A stretch of DNA of 64,000 nt from an uncultured Acidimicrobiales bacterium (GCA_938002955.1 CALLAA010000048.1:17841-81840); one strand, 5' to 3'. Shown: positions 10,344-19,956, counted from the stretch's first letter. Notes: generated by a model not told the origin, from the letters alone. Numbers and translations: made by a program.

Positions 10344-10388
10344 TTTGTGAGCGATTCTGCAGCGTGAGCCTGCAAAATCGCTCACAAA
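10344..10388. repeat. 45-bp palindromic REP-like element, copy A (near-perfect hairpin)
   Basis: TTTGTGAGCGATTCTGCAG-CGTGAGC-CTGCAAAATCGCTCACAAA: 19-bp arms with 1 mismatch and a 7-nt loop. Lies between the xylA stop and the phyH RBS. Its reverse complement matches copies at 19852 and 19912 over the first 24 nt (1 mismatch) and the last 11 nt. Confidence 0.8.
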
Positions 10389-10391
10389 TCT

Positions 10392-11723
10392 TTACTTGAT
10401 GCGTTCGATGGTCCGGTTGACGATGTTCTCGATCATCTCTTGTTGTCCGCTGACCGGTGTGGGGTCGATGTTGTTTGCCAGGACGTCGGCGTGGAGTTCG
10501 GCCAAGCCGACCTCGCCAGCGAGAATCTTCTGGCCCCGATCGGTGCCCCAGCCCGAATAGCGCTCCTCGACGAGGGATGCGATTTCGCCGTCTTCGATGA
10601 GGGCTGCGGCAACGAGCAGGCTGCGGGCCATCGTGTCCATGGCCCCGATGTGGCCATGGAACAGATCGTTGGGGTGCATGCTCTGGCGGCGCAGCTTGGT
10701 GTCGAACATGAAGCCGCCGGTCGTGAAACCGCCACCGAGCAGAATCTCATAGACACCGAGGCTCATCTGCTCGACAGAGTTCGGGAACTGATCGGTGTCC
10801 CATCCAAGGCGATCGTCGCCACGGTTGGCGTCGACCGAACCAAAGATGCCGTTGGTAACGGCTTGCTTGACCTCGTGGTTGAAATCGTGGCCGCTGAGCG
10901 TTGCGTGGTTGACCTCGATGTTGACCTTGATCTCGTTCTCGAGGCCGTAGTGCTGCAAGAAGCCGTACACCGTTGCCGAGTCATAGTCGTACTGATGCTT
11001 GGTGGGTTCCTGAGGCTTCGGCTCGATGAGGATGGTGCCGTCGAAACCGATCTGGCGCTTGTAGTCAACGACCATGTGGAGGAACCGGCCGAGCTGATCG
11101 AGCTCCTGGGCCATGTTGGTGTTTAGGAGCATCTCGTAGCCTTCACGCCCACCCCACAGCACGTAGTTCTGTCCGCCGAGCCGGTGGGTCGCGTCCATGC
11201 AGTGCTTCACCTGAGCAGCTGCGTGGGCGAACACGTCGGGGTTTGGGTTGGTAGATGCGCCAGCGGCGTAGCGAGGATTCACGAACGCTTGGGCTGTACC
11301 CCAGAGAAGCTTGGTTCCGGTGTCGGCCATCTTGGCCTCGGCGTAGTCGACCATGGTGTCGAGGTTGCTGCAGCTCTCGGCGAAGGTGTCTCCCTCTGGG
11401 GCGATATCGCGGTCGTGAAAGCTCCAGAACGGAATGCCGAGCTTGTCGAAGAACTCAAAAGCGACATCCATCTTCAGGCGAGCGGCGTCCATGGGGTCCA
11501 TGGCCGGATCGAACCACGGGCGGTCGAAGGTGCCGGTTCCGAAGATGTCCGCGCCCTGCCAGGCAAAGCTGTGCCAGTAGCACACCGCCATACGGAGCTG
11601 GTCCTCCATGGACTTGCCCATGACGATGCGATCCTTGTCGTACCAACGAAAGGCAAATGGATTGTCGGAGTCTGGGCCCTCGTATGCAATAGGGGCGGGG
11701 ACATCGGAAAAGAAGTCGGTCAT
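10392..11723 (-). CDS. xylA: xylose isomerase
   Basis: [44 protein letters not shown] and NIEVNHATL are canonical XylA motifs. Confidence 0.9.
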   Translation of the reverse strand: MTDFFSDVPAPIAYEGPDSDNPFAFRWYDKDRIVMGKSMEDQLRMAVCYWHSFAWQGADIFGTGTFDRPWFDPAMDPMDAARLKMDVAFEFFDKLGIPFWSFHDRDIAPEGDTFAESCSNLDTMVDYAEAKMADTGTKLLWGTAQAFVNPRYAAGASTNPNPDVFAHAAAQVKHCMDATHRLGGQNYVLWGGREGYEMLLNTNMAQELDQLGRFLHMVVDYKRQIGFDGTILIEPKPQEPTKHQYDYDSATVYGFLQHYGLENEIKVNIEVNHATLSGHDFNHEVKQAVTNGIFGSVDANRGDDRLGWDTDQFPNSVEQMSLGVYEILLGGGFTTGGFMFDTKLRRQSMHPNDLFHGHIGAMDTMARSLLVAAALIEDGEIASLVEERYSGWGTDRGQKILAGEVGLAELHADVLANNIDPTPVSGQQEMIENIVNRTIERIK

Positions 11724-11773
11724 TGTTCCTTCTTGGTATGGCCGTGAATGGCGAACGTGGTGTGGCGAAGTGG

Positions 11774-12760
11774 CTAGTTAGGGCCCGTGGACGATCGGGT
11801 CACGAGCCGCGGTTGGATGAGTTCGTGTTTGGCCGCAGTGCGGCCCTCGATGCGTTCGAGCAGTAACTCGGTAGAGCGCCGCCCGAACAGCTGTCGAGGT
11901 TGATGCACCGTGGTGAGCGACAGTGCACCGAGGCCAGCGAGGAGGGTGTCGTCGTAGCCGACGATCGACACATCGTCGGGGACACGTGCACCAATGCTGC
12001 GAAGATGCGACAGCACACCGGTTGCAGACAGATCGTTTGCGGCAAAGATCGCCGTTGGCGGCTCTTTGAGTTTCATGAGGTTGGCGGCTGCGCTCATGCC
12101 GGCGTGTTCGTTGAAGTCGCCGTCGAAGACGATTGGCGCGAGGCCGCGATCGGACATCGAGTTCATGAACCCGCGTCGTCGTTCAGGCGCGCCGGGGGCG
12201 TTGCCCGCGTCGATATGGGCAATTCGTGTGTGCCCGAGCTTGGTGAGGTGATCGACGACCAGCTCAGATCCGTGTGCTTCGTCGTTGCAGACGGTGTCCA
12301 TCGATTCGGGTTCATCGAAGTTGGCAACGGCGACGGTCGGGGTTTGTTGTGCGACCTCGTCGAACACTTCGCCGGAGAATCGTGCCGCGCCAAGAACGAT
12401 GCCGTCGGTGCGCATGTTGAGCAGCGTTTCGATGGCTGCGTGCTCGCCGGACTCGCGCTGCCAACCCGACGTGATAAGGAGTTCCATACCCGCTTCTGCT
12501 GCGGCTGCCGCGACACCTTCAGCGAGTTCGGTGAAGTACGGGTTGTGCAGGTCGTTCAGCATTACACCGATGGTGTTGGTCTGTCCGCTGGCCAGATTGC
12601 GTGCCCACACGTTGGGCCGGTATCCGAGTTCGTTGGCCGATGCGAGCACCTTCTTGCGGCTCCGGTCCGAAACCCGGGGTGAATCGCGCATGACGAGAGA
12701 CACCAGGGCGCGCGAAACGCCCGCGTGTGCCGCAACATCGTCCATGGTTGGCTGACCCAT
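11774..12760 (-). CDS. LacI-family transcriptional regulator
   Basis: N-terminal [31 protein letters not shown]...ELGYRPN plus a periplasmic-binding-fold effector domain. Confidence 0.9.
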   Translation of the reverse strand: MGQPTMDDVAAHAGVSRALVSLVMRDSPRVSDRSRKKVLASANELGYRPNVWARNLASGQTNTIGVMLNDLHNPYFTELAEGVAAAAAEAGMELLITSGWQRESGEHAAIETLLNMRTDGIVLGAARFSGEVFDEVAQQTPTVAVANFDEPESMDTVCNDEAHGSELVVDHLTKLGHTRIAHIDAGNAPGAPERRRGFMNSMSDRGLAPIVFDGDFNEHAGMSAAANLMKLKEPPTAIFAANDLSATGVLSHLRSIGARVPDDVSIVGYDDTLLAGLGALSLTTVHQPRQLFGRRSTELLLERIEGRTAAKHELIQPRLVTRSSTGPN

Positions 12761-12794
12761 ACGGTTGGAACCATAGCGAGCTTCGTCGCCGTTG

Positions 12795-12810
12795 TATAGA
12801 GCGCTCTACT
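12795..12810. promoter_or_regulatory. candidate LacI-type operator 1 (TATAGAGCGCTCTACT)
   Basis: 12-bp perfect palindrome TAGAGCGCTCTA, 35 bp upstream of the LacI-family gene start in the divergent intergenic region. Confidence 0.5.
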
Positions 12811-12926
12811 ATTTACTCAGCGGTGACCCATTGATTTCACAGGGGACCGCGAAAAATCTTCCATTTTCAGTGTTCGATGGCTTGACGAAGTGGGTCACCT
12901 TGACTACGTTGAGACTCCGGTCACGT

Positions 12927-12942
12927 AGTAGAGCGCTCTACT
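12927..12942. promoter_or_regulatory. candidate LacI-type operator 2 (AGTAGAGCGCTCTACT)
   Basis: 16-bp perfect palindrome with a central CG, as in LacI/GalR operators. It follows a TTGACT hexamer (12899..12904) upstream of the iol operon. Confidence 0.55.
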
Positions 12943-13015
12943 GAACTCCGCTTAGCGGCCAAATACTGTTCGAATCTGACGCACCGTCGTCAAATAATGA
13001 GGTCAAGTACTCACT

Positions 13016-13909
13016 ATGGGTTTCATGAGTCGCATGGCGACAGCCCCCATCTCATGGGGAATTTGCGAAGTGCCGGGATGGGGCGTGCAGCTCCCCGTCG
13101 ACCGGGTGCTTTCCGAAATGGCTCAGATGGGTTTCCCTGCCACGGAGCTTGGTTCGGAGGGGTATCTACCCTCCAGCCCCGCCGAGCTGAACTCCGTGCT
13201 CGGTGAGTACGACCTCGACCTTCTCGCCGCATTCGTGCCCATGCTCGTGCACGACCCCGCCGAAGCCGACGAGACGATCCGTCGCGCCCAAGACATGGCA
13301 GCGCTGTTGCAAGCGACCGGAGCCACGTACTTCAACACCTCGCCGGTCACTACCTGGGACTGGGCTCCACGACGTGAGCTCACCGAGGACGAATGGACCC
13401 ACACCTGGATGATGTTCGACCGCATCGAGGAGATCTGCGAAGCGCACGGTCTCATTCAAGTTCTTCACGAACACGTCGGCACGATCATCGAGACCAAAGA
13501 AGAGATCCAGCGCACCGTCGACAACTCGTCGATCCGCTTCGTGCTCGACACGGCACACTTTGCCGTCGGCGGATACGACCCGGTCGACTTCGTGGCGAAT
13601 CATGGTGATCGCGTCGGCCTGGTTCACATTAAAGATTGCGACCTCGCGATGGCCAAAAAGCTCAACGACGGAGAGGTCACGCTGATGGAAGCAGTCCAAG
13701 CCGGACTCTTCCCAAACGTCGGTCGCGGTGACCTCGACATCGATCGTGTAATAGCCTCACTCGAGAGCGCGGGGTACGACGGCTGGTACGTACTCGAACA
13801 AGACACAGCAATTACCGGAGCCGAACCAGCTCCAGGTGAAGGACCAATCGAAGACGTTCAGGCGAACGTCACCTATCTCCGGGAACTCGAACAACGACTC
13901 GCATCCTGA
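13016..13909 (+). CDS. iolE: inosose dehydratase-like sugar phosphate isomerase/epimerase (IolE/MocC-type TIM barrel)
   Basis: ISWGICEVPGWG..., HEHVGTIIETKEEI, VLDTAHF, VHIKD and GWYVLEQD mirror the IolE pattern. Confidence 0.7.
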   Translation: MGFMSRMATAPISWGICEVPGWGVQLPVDRVLSEMAQMGFPATELGSEGYLPSSPAELNSVLGEYDLDLLAAFVPMLVHDPAEADETIRRAQDMAALLQATGATYFNTSPVTTWDWAPRRELTEDEWTHTWMMFDRIEEICEAHGLIQVLHEHVGTIIETKEEIQRTVDNSSIRFVLDTAHFAVGGYDPVDFVANHGDRVGLVHIKDCDLAMAKKLNDGEVTLMEAVQAGLFPNVGRGDLDIDRVIASLESAGYDGWYVLEQDTAITGAEPAPGEGPIEDVQANVTYLRELEQRLAS

Positions 13910-13980
13910 CCACGGTCACGAACGAAACGTTGCACGAGCGCCCGAGAAAAACAAAGAAAGCCCAACAGGAGGGGAACCCA

Positions 13981-15003
13981 ATGAAGAACATGCGTTGGCT
14001 GGCCATGCTGCTAGCTCTCGTCATGGTTGCCGCAGCTTGCGGTAGCGATGCAAGTACAGAAGACGCCGCAACAGGCGACGATGATGCAGCAGAAACTGCA
14101 GATGACAGCGGGGACGAAGCAGTCGAAGCCACCCAAGGCGGAGACCTGACGTTCCACATGATCACGCACTCTGACGATGGTCCGTTCTGGTCCGTTCTCA
14201 AGCGTGGTGCTGAAGCTGCCGCAGCTGACGTAGGCGTTGAACTCGTCTGGCAGGGCTCGAACAACGACGCTGCTGTTCAGGCTGAGCTCATCGATGCAGC
14301 TGTTGCTGCTGGTTCGGACGGCATCGCCGCTTCGCTTCCAAACGTCGACGCTGTTGCACCTGGCCTCAAGGCAGCTGTTGCTGCTGGCATCCCGGTCTAC
14401 ACGCTGAACTCGGGCGCAAACGACTTCCAAGAACTCGGAGCTACCACCCACGTTGGACAGACCGAGGTCATCGCCGGTAACGGCGCTGGTCTTCGTTTCA
14501 ACGACGCTGGCGCTACCACGATCCTTTGCGGTCGTCAGGAGCCAGACAACGGTGCACTCATCGAGCGCTGTGACGGTCTCGCCGAGACCTTCAACGGAAC
14601 CGTTATCTCCGAGTTCATGGATCTCGACGCTGACCAGGCCGCACAGGAAGCAGCGATCAACGCTGCTCTCGCTGCGAACCCGGACATCGACGGCTTCATG
14701 GGCGTTGGACCAGTCATCACCATGTCCGGTCTTCGTGCAGCTGATGCACTCGGCCGTGACCTCGTCATCGGTGGCTTCGACATCACGCCAGAACTCCTCG
14801 ATGCAATCGAGGCCGGCGAGGTGCTCTTCACCGTTGACCAGCAGCAGTACCTCCAGGGTTACATCCCAGTCATCCTGATGTACCTCGAGAACACCAACTC
14901 GAACACCCTCGGTGGCGGCCTGCCAATCCTTACCGGACCTGGCTTCGTCACCGGAGACAACGCAACCGCTGTGAAGGAACTCGTCGCAGCTGGTACCCGC
15001 TAA
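13981..15003 (+). CDS. ABC sugar/inositol-binding lipoprotein (CUT2, periplasmic binding protein type I)
   Basis: AGGAGG RBS, lipobox MKNMRWLAMLLALVMVAAACGS and an acidic linker, then an RbsB-like fold (FWSVLKRGAE..., GFDITPE..., VDQQQYLQGY). Confidence 0.8.
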   Translation: MKNMRWLAMLLALVMVAAACGSDASTEDAATGDDDAAETADDSGDEAVEATQGGDLTFHMITHSDDGPFWSVLKRGAEAAAADVGVELVWQGSNNDAAVQAELIDAAVAAGSDGIAASLPNVDAVAPGLKAAVAAGIPVYTLNSGANDFQELGATTHVGQTEVIAGNGAGLRFNDAGATTILCGRQEPDNGALIERCDGLAETFNGTVISEFMDLDADQAAQEAAINAALAANPDIDGFMGVGPVITMSGLRAADALGRDLVIGGFDITPELLDAIEAGEVLFTVDQQQYLQGYIPVILMYLENTNSNTLGGGLPILTGPGFVTGDNATAVKELVAAGTR

Positions 15004-15052
15004 CCCACTGGTTTAGCGCAGCGTTGTTTATCAACGTGTTGTACTGACGTTC

Positions 15053-15094
15053 GGGGGCCGACCCGCAAGGGCTCGGCCCCCAGACGTTTCTTTT
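15053..15094 (+). terminator. intrinsic terminator/attenuator between binding-protein and permease genes
   Basis: GGGGGCCGACCC-GCAA-GGGCTCGGCCCCC (12 pairs, one bulge, GNRA loop) followed by AGACGTTTCTTTT. Confidence 0.55.
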
Positions 15095-15116
15095 AGTTCT
15101 AGGGGGAGAGAAATAG

Positions 15117-17231
15117 ATGTCTGACACTGCCGTCCCGGACGTGGGAAACAGTGACGCAAACGCCGCAGCTGCGGCAGCCGATGCAATGGCTGCAACGCTT
15201 GCCGGAGGGGCCGACGAACGGCTTGCTTATCGAGGAGTGTTCCAACGCCTCTTCGTCCGTCCAGAGATTGGTGCCATCGTCGGCGCCGCTGCGATCTGGG
15301 CTTTCTTTTGGGCCGTCTCACGCGAGTTCGGTACCGCTGGCGGTATGTCGTCGATTCTCGACGTGTCCGCAACGCTCGGCATCATGGCTGTTGCCGTTTC
15401 GCTACTGATGATCGGTGGCGAGTTCGATCTTTCTTCAGGTGCAGCTACCGGCACCTTTGCAATCATCACGATCTTGTTGGTCAAAGACGTCGGCGACCTC
15501 GGCGGTGCTGGCCTCAGTCTGTGGATCGCCATCCCACTATCACTGCTATTTGCTCTCGGCCTCGGCTGGATAAACGGCATGATGGTCGAGAGAACGGGGC
15601 TACCGAGTTTCATTGTCACGCTGGCCACCTTCTTTGTGTTGCGTGGCTTCAAGCTCGGTTTCTCCAAGCTCATCATCGACAACCTCACCGTTGGCCGCAT
15701 CAGTGAAGCTCAAGGCCGCGGCTATGAGTTCTGGGAGCCAATCTTCGCCACGGTCTGGATCCGCAACGAACATCAGCTCGAGGCTCGCGACGCGATCTAC
15801 ACCATTGGCATTCTCGGCGGCCTTGCCCTCTTGGCGTTCGCCGTCGCCGAACTCAACTTCGCCCGACGCGACAAGCTCAACCCAGGCGGTCTTCCGATCT
15901 TCGGTGCAGGTGTCGCTGGTGTGATCGCCGGAATCCTCTACATGCACAACTCCGATGGGGTCAGCGCGAACTCGATCGCTGCGGCGATTATCGGTGTTGC
16001 TGGTCTCGCTGCATTTGTTGGCTTCTGCATGTGGCGCTACGAGCGTCAAGAAGCCGGCTCATTGCAGCTCGATGCTTCCGTATCGAAGCTGCTCGCCGCT
16101 GGTGTCATTGCGTCCGTGCTCGCGATGGCCTTCGCCGTCGTCTTCGACGTCGACTCCCAAGAACCGGTCCTCGATCTGGTTGGCGCCTTGCGTTGGCCAT
16201 TCGTGATCGCCGCTGGGGCCTACGCCGCCTTCCGGGCGTTCCAGAAGAGCGCCGGAGACAGCAACACCCAATCGCAGACCCTGATCAACGTGTCGAGCAT
16301 CGCTGCTGCTTCAGCGTTCACGATGTACGCGTTCATGTTCATGACCACCGAACAGGGACTTCGTTCGATCCTCTTTGGCGTCACGATGCTCGCTGGCCTG
16401 ATCCTGTTGGCTATCGCTGCTGGCAACGCCGGTCGCAATAGTCCAATCACCCGGGGCCTGGTTCTGACGGTGTTCTCGGCTGTGCTCGTGGCGCTTGCCT
16501 TCTTCATCCGGAGCCAATCCGCATCGGTGAAGTTCCGTTCCGAGCTGTTCTCCGTCTTGTTGGTGAGCGCACTGGTGTTCTTCGTCTGGGCGGTGTGCTC
16601 GACGATGTTTACCCAGCGCCGCTTCCAAGAGGCCAAAGCTGATGGGTTCGGCACGACGCTCGCGCAGGTGGGCGGTGCTGCGATCGCAGTCGGAATCATC
16701 ATCAAGTTGCTCTTTACAACGCAGGCAGAGCTCGACGCAGGTATTGCCCGTGCTGGCTTCCGCATCAGCATCTTGTGGTTCCTTGGCTTCTCGCTCTTCG
16801 CAACGTGGCTCCTCGGCCGGACCAAGTTCGGATCGTGGATCTTTGCTGTGGGTGGCAACAAGCAAGCTGCTCGCCAAGTCGGTGTGCCAGCCGCCCGGAC
16901 CAAGACCCAGCTATTCATGATCGTCTCGGTCGCGGCGTGGCTTGTTGGTTTGCTTCTCGCCTTCCGCCTCGACACCGTGCAGTCCGTTGCCGGTAACGGC
17001 CTCGAGTTTGAGTACATCATCGCTGCGGTGGTCGGTGGCACATTGCTCACCGGCGGCTACGGCTCAGCATTCGGTGCAGCGATCGGCGCGATCATCGTCG
17101 CAATGACCAAGCAGGGCATTCCATCGGCCCGCTGGAACTCGGACTGGCGTTTCGCCTTCCTCGGCATCATCTTGCTCACCGCAGTGATTGCCAACAACTT
17201 CATCAAGACCAAAGCGGAGGAGTCCCGATGA
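15117..17231 (+). CDS. CUT2-type ABC permease with large internal multi-TM insertion (704 aa)
   Basis: The N-terminal part ([36 protein letters not shown]) and the C-terminal part ([17 protein letters not shown]..., [13 protein letters not shown]) are RbsC/BPD_transp_2-like. About 370 aa with ~10 hydrophobic helices lie between them. Confidence 0.8.
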   Translation: MSDTAVPDVGNSDANAAAAAADAMAATLAGGADERLAYRGVFQRLFVRPEIGAIVGAAAIWAFFWAVSREFGTAGGMSSILDVSATLGIMAVAVSLLMIGGEFDLSSGAATGTFAIITILLVKDVGDLGGAGLSLWIAIPLSLLFALGLGWINGMMVERTGLPSFIVTLATFFVLRGFKLGFSKLIIDNLTVGRISEAQGRGYEFWEPIFATVWIRNEHQLEARDAIYTIGILGGLALLAFAVAELNFARRDKLNPGGLPIFGAGVAGVIAGILYMHNSDGVSANSIAAAIIGVAGLAAFVGFCMWRYERQEAGSLQLDASVSKLLAAGVIASVLAMAFAVVFDVDSQEPVLDLVGALRWPFVIAAGAYAAFRAFQKSAGDSNTQSQTLINVSSIAAASAFTMYAFMFMTTEQGLRSILFGVTMLAGLILLAIAAGNAGRNSPITRGLVLTVFSAVLVALAFFIRSQSASVKFRSELFSVLLVSALVFFVWAVCSTMFTQRRFQEAKADGFGTTLAQVGGAAIAVGIIIKLLFTTQAELDAGIARAGFRISILWFLGFSLFATWLLGRTKFGSWIFAVGGNKQAARQVGVPAARTKTQLFMIVSVAAWLVGLLLAFRLDTVQSVAGNGLEFEYIIAAVVGGTLLTGGYGSAFGAAIGAIIVAMTKQGIPSARWNSDWRFAFLGIILLTAVIANNFIKTKAEESR

Positions 17232-18043
17232 CCGAAGCTCAAGATCTCGTTGGCGGCGAACAGCCGCTCCTCGAACTCGACGGTATTGGCAAGTTCTACG
17301 GCAACATCATCGCCCTCCAGGGCATCACGACCGAGGTGCGCGCGGGGGAAGTTACCTGCGTGCTCGGGGACAATGGTGCTGGTAAGTCGACCTTCATCAA
17401 GATCCTCGCGGGCGTGCATAAGCACGACGCTGGCGACTTCCGGCTCGAAGGTAAGCCGGTCGACTTCAACTCGCCTCGCGAAGCTCTCGACGCGGGTATC
17501 GCAGCCGTGTATCAGGACCTCGCCATGGTGCCGCTCATGTCGGTATGGCGAAACTTCTTCCTTGGCGCCGAACCAACAAAGGGCGTCTTCCCTGTGCGTT
17601 GGGTCGACAAGCCTGAGGCGAAGCGGATCGCGAAGGAAGAGATGGCCAAGATGGGCATCGATATTCGCGATACCGAACAGCCAGTGGGCACCTTGTCCGG
17701 TGGTGAGCGTCAGTCGGTGGCTATTGCCCGTGCCGTGTACTACGGAGCGAAGGTCCTTATTCTCGATGAGCCGACGTCGGCTCTTGGTGTGAAGCAGTCG
17801 GGTGTTGTCCTGCGTTACATCGTTGAGGCGGCCAAGCGTGGCCTCGGCGTTATTTTCATTACGCACAACCCTGCGCACGCCTACCCGGTGGGCGATCGCT
17901 TTCTCATCCTGAACCGTGGCCAGTCCATGGGTAACTTCGCCAAGGAAGAGATCACCCAGCAAGAGCTCACCCAGCTGATGGCCGGTGGCGCCGAGCTCGA
18001 GCAGCTTCAGCACGAACTCGAAGCCGCTATCGCGGGGAAGTAG
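17228..18043 (+). CDS. ABC transporter ATP-binding protein (single NBD)
   Basis: Walker [10 protein letters not shown], signature LSGGERQ, Walker [13 protein letters not shown] overlap with the permease gene. Confidence 0.9.
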   Translation: MTEAQDLVGGEQPLLELDGIGKFYGNIIALQGITTEVRAGEVTCVLGDNGAGKSTFIKILAGVHKHDAGDFRLEGKPVDFNSPREALDAGIAAVYQDLAMVPLMSVWRNFFLGAEPTKGVFPVRWVDKPEAKRIAKEEMAKMGIDIRDTEQPVGTLSGGERQSVAIARAVYYGAKVLILDEPTSALGVKQSGVVLRYIVEAAKRGLGVIFITHNPAHAYPVGDRFLILNRGQSMGNFAKEEITQQELTQLMAGGAELEQLQHELEAAIAGK

Positions 18044-18104
18044 CAGTACCTCTGTAGTTGTCTGCGCCCGTGTGGCGCCAGGAATCCTCCCAAGGAGGCT
18101 CGAT

Positions 18105-18908
18105 ATGAACTCGATGCGTCCGACCGTGGCGGATCTTCGTGCCGAAAAGGGCGTGCGTCAGCGTGCCAATGTCTATGTCGAAACGCTCGACGAAGCGCGC
18201 GCTGCGGGCGCCGCGGATATCGGAATCGTCACGGTGCAAGACGCCCTGATGAGCACCGAATTCCGTGATGCTGCTCCGTCGGCGTTCATGGTTGCTGGCC
18301 TCGACTATGGCGTACATGTCACGACTGATGACTATCTTCGGGCGGCGTTCGCGATGATGGCGCTCGGTGCCGACGCGGTGTGGAGTGCGGCGAGTCTCGA
18401 GACGATCGCACGGATGCGGTCTGAGGGAATCGCCGTTGTTGGCCATGTCGGGCTGATCCCGGCACGCCGTACCTGGACGGGTGGCTTTCGAGCGGTTGGC
18501 AAGACCGCCGAAACCGCGATGTCGGTATGGCAGCAGGTTGAGGACTTGACCGAGGCTGGTGCGTTCGCAGCGGAGATCGAAGTGGTTCCCGCCGCGGTCG
18601 CTTCAGCGATTTCAGCCAGGACGTCCCTGTACATGATTTCGATGGGGTCGGGGTCGGGTTGTGACGCCCAGTACTTGTTCTCGACGGACATCTTGGGAAC
18701 CAACCGAGGGCATGTTCCTCGCCATGCCAAGCAGTACCGCAACCTCGCAGCCGAGGAAGACCGCTTGCAGGCCGAGCGTGTTGCGGCGTTTCGTGAGTTC
18801 GCAGCTGACGTTCAGTCGGACGTGTTCTCGGACCCGTCACGGCTCGTTCCGATCGCCGATGACGAGCTTGCGTCGTTCGAGGCGCAACTCAATGGAGACC
18901 ATTCATGA
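18105..18908 (+). CDS. divergent ketopantoate hydroxymethyltransferase (PanB)-family protein
   Basis: GHVGLIPARRTWTGGFRAVGK (cf. PanB GHLGLTPQS..GGYKVQGR), EIEVVP, ISMGSGSGCDAQYL, PRHAKQY. AGGAGG RBS before ATG 18105. Confidence 0.7.
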   Translation: MNSMRPTVADLRAEKGVRQRANVYVETLDEARAAGAADIGIVTVQDALMSTEFRDAAPSAFMVAGLDYGVHVTTDDYLRAAFAMMALGADAVWSAASLETIARMRSEGIAVVGHVGLIPARRTWTGGFRAVGKTAETAMSVWQQVEDLTEAGAFAAEIEVVPAAVASAISARTSLYMISMGSGSGCDAQYLFSTDILGTNRGHVPRHAKQYRNLAAEEDRLQAERVAAFREFAADVQSDVFSDPSRLVPIADDELASFEAQLNGDHS

Positions 18909-19858
18909 CCGAGCTTGAAATTCTGACCTTGGGACGTGTGAGCGTCGACCTCTATGCCGAACAAGTGGGCCAGCCCATGCGGCACGTCACCTCATTCCGC
19001 AAATCGATAGGTGGCACGGCAACAAATGTGGCTGTAGCTGCAGCTCGCCTTGGGCGTAAGGCCGCACTGTGCACGAAGGTCGGCGACGACCAGTTCGGTG
19101 ACTACGTGCGATACGCGCTCGAGCACACCTTCGGTGTCGACAACCGGTTCATCACGACCGATCCGGAGTTGCAGACGCCGCTCGCGTTCGCCGAACTCGA
19201 TCCGCCAGAGGATCCGTCGATCATCTTCTATCGCGAACCGCGAGCCCCCGATCAGAACATCGCAGTTACCGATGTCGATCACGACGTCGTCCGAGACGTA
19301 CCGATTTTTTGGCTTCCTGCATCTCGCTTTTCCGATGAGGTCTCTGCCGAGACCGTTACGGCCCTGCTCGATATTCGTCAGCGCAAGAGCCACACCGTGC
19401 TCGACCTCGATTGGCGTCCAATGTTCTGGGAATCCCCTGAGCAGGCGACCGAAGCCATTGCGCCGATGCTCGATAAGTTCACGATCGCCATCGGCAACAA
19501 GGACGAATGCGAGATTGCGGTAGGGACGCGAGATCTCAACGTCGCCGCGGACCGACTCCTCGAAGCCGGCCTTGAGATGGCGGTGATGAAGCTTGGCGGT
19601 GACGGTGTCATGATCGCCACCGCCGATGGCACCAGAGTTTCGGTGCCGCCGTATCTCGTCGACGTCGTGTCGGGCCTCGGGTCGGGCGATGCGTTCGGCG
19701 GCGCGTTCTGCCACGGACTGCTCGAAGGGTGGGATCCCGAGACGATCATCAAGTGGGGGAATGCCGCAGGAGCGATCGTCGCGAGCCGACTCATGTGCGC
19801 CGACGACATGCCAACCGCCGAAGACATCACCACCCTCCTCGCCGAACGAGATTTGTGA
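18905..19858 (+). CDS. iolC: 5-dehydro-2-deoxygluconokinase (PfkB family)
   Basis: LGRVSVDLYAEQVG..., GGTATNVAVAAARLG, FYREP.APD and GSGDAFGGAF are typical of IolC. ATGA overlap with the upstream gene. Confidence 0.85.
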   Translation: MTELEILTLGRVSVDLYAEQVGQPMRHVTSFRKSIGGTATNVAVAAARLGRKAALCTKVGDDQFGDYVRYALEHTFGVDNRFITTDPELQTPLAFAELDPPEDPSIIFYREPRAPDQNIAVTDVDHDVVRDVPIFWLPASRFSDEVSAETVTALLDIRQRKSHTVLDLDWRPMFWESPEQATEAIAPMLDKFTIAIGNKDECEIAVGTRDLNVAADRLLEAGLEMAVMKLGGDGVMIATADGTRVSVPPYLVDVVSGLGSGDAFGGAFCHGLLEGWDPETIIKWGNAAGAIVASRLMCADDMPTAEDITTLLAERDL

Positions 19859-19896
19859 TGGATTTTGCAGGCTCAGCGAGCGCGATCGCTCACAAA
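19852..19896. repeat. 45-bp REP-like element, copy B1 (overlaps iolC stop codon)
   Basis: TTTGTGATGGATTTTGCAGGCTCAGCGAGCGCGATCGCTCACAAA. Terminal inverted repeat TTTGTGA.../...TCACAAA. First unit of a 60-bp-period tandem pair. Confidence 0.8.
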
Positions 19897-19911
19897 AACG
19901 TATCTCCAGGA

Positions 19912-19956
19912 TTTGTGAGCGTTTTTGCAGGCTCAGCGAGCGCGATCGCTCACAAA
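19912..19956. repeat. 45-bp REP-like element, copy B2
   Basis: TTTGTGAGCGTTTTTGCAGGCTCAGCGAGCGCGATCGCTCACAAA. 10-bp terminal inverted repeats TTTGTGAGCG/CGCTCACAAA. Confidence 0.8.

Noticed and set aside
12961-12990. GTTCGAATC T-loop-like string in the LacI/iol spacer
   Set aside because: The flanks (ACTG / CTGA) cannot form a T stem, and no acceptor or anticodon arms are present. It is not a tRNA.
19881-19950. GCGATCGC (cyanobacterial HIP1-like octamer) inside the REP-like copies
   Set aside because: It occurs only as part of the two REP units. There is no evidence of genome-wide HIP1-type enrichment in this window.
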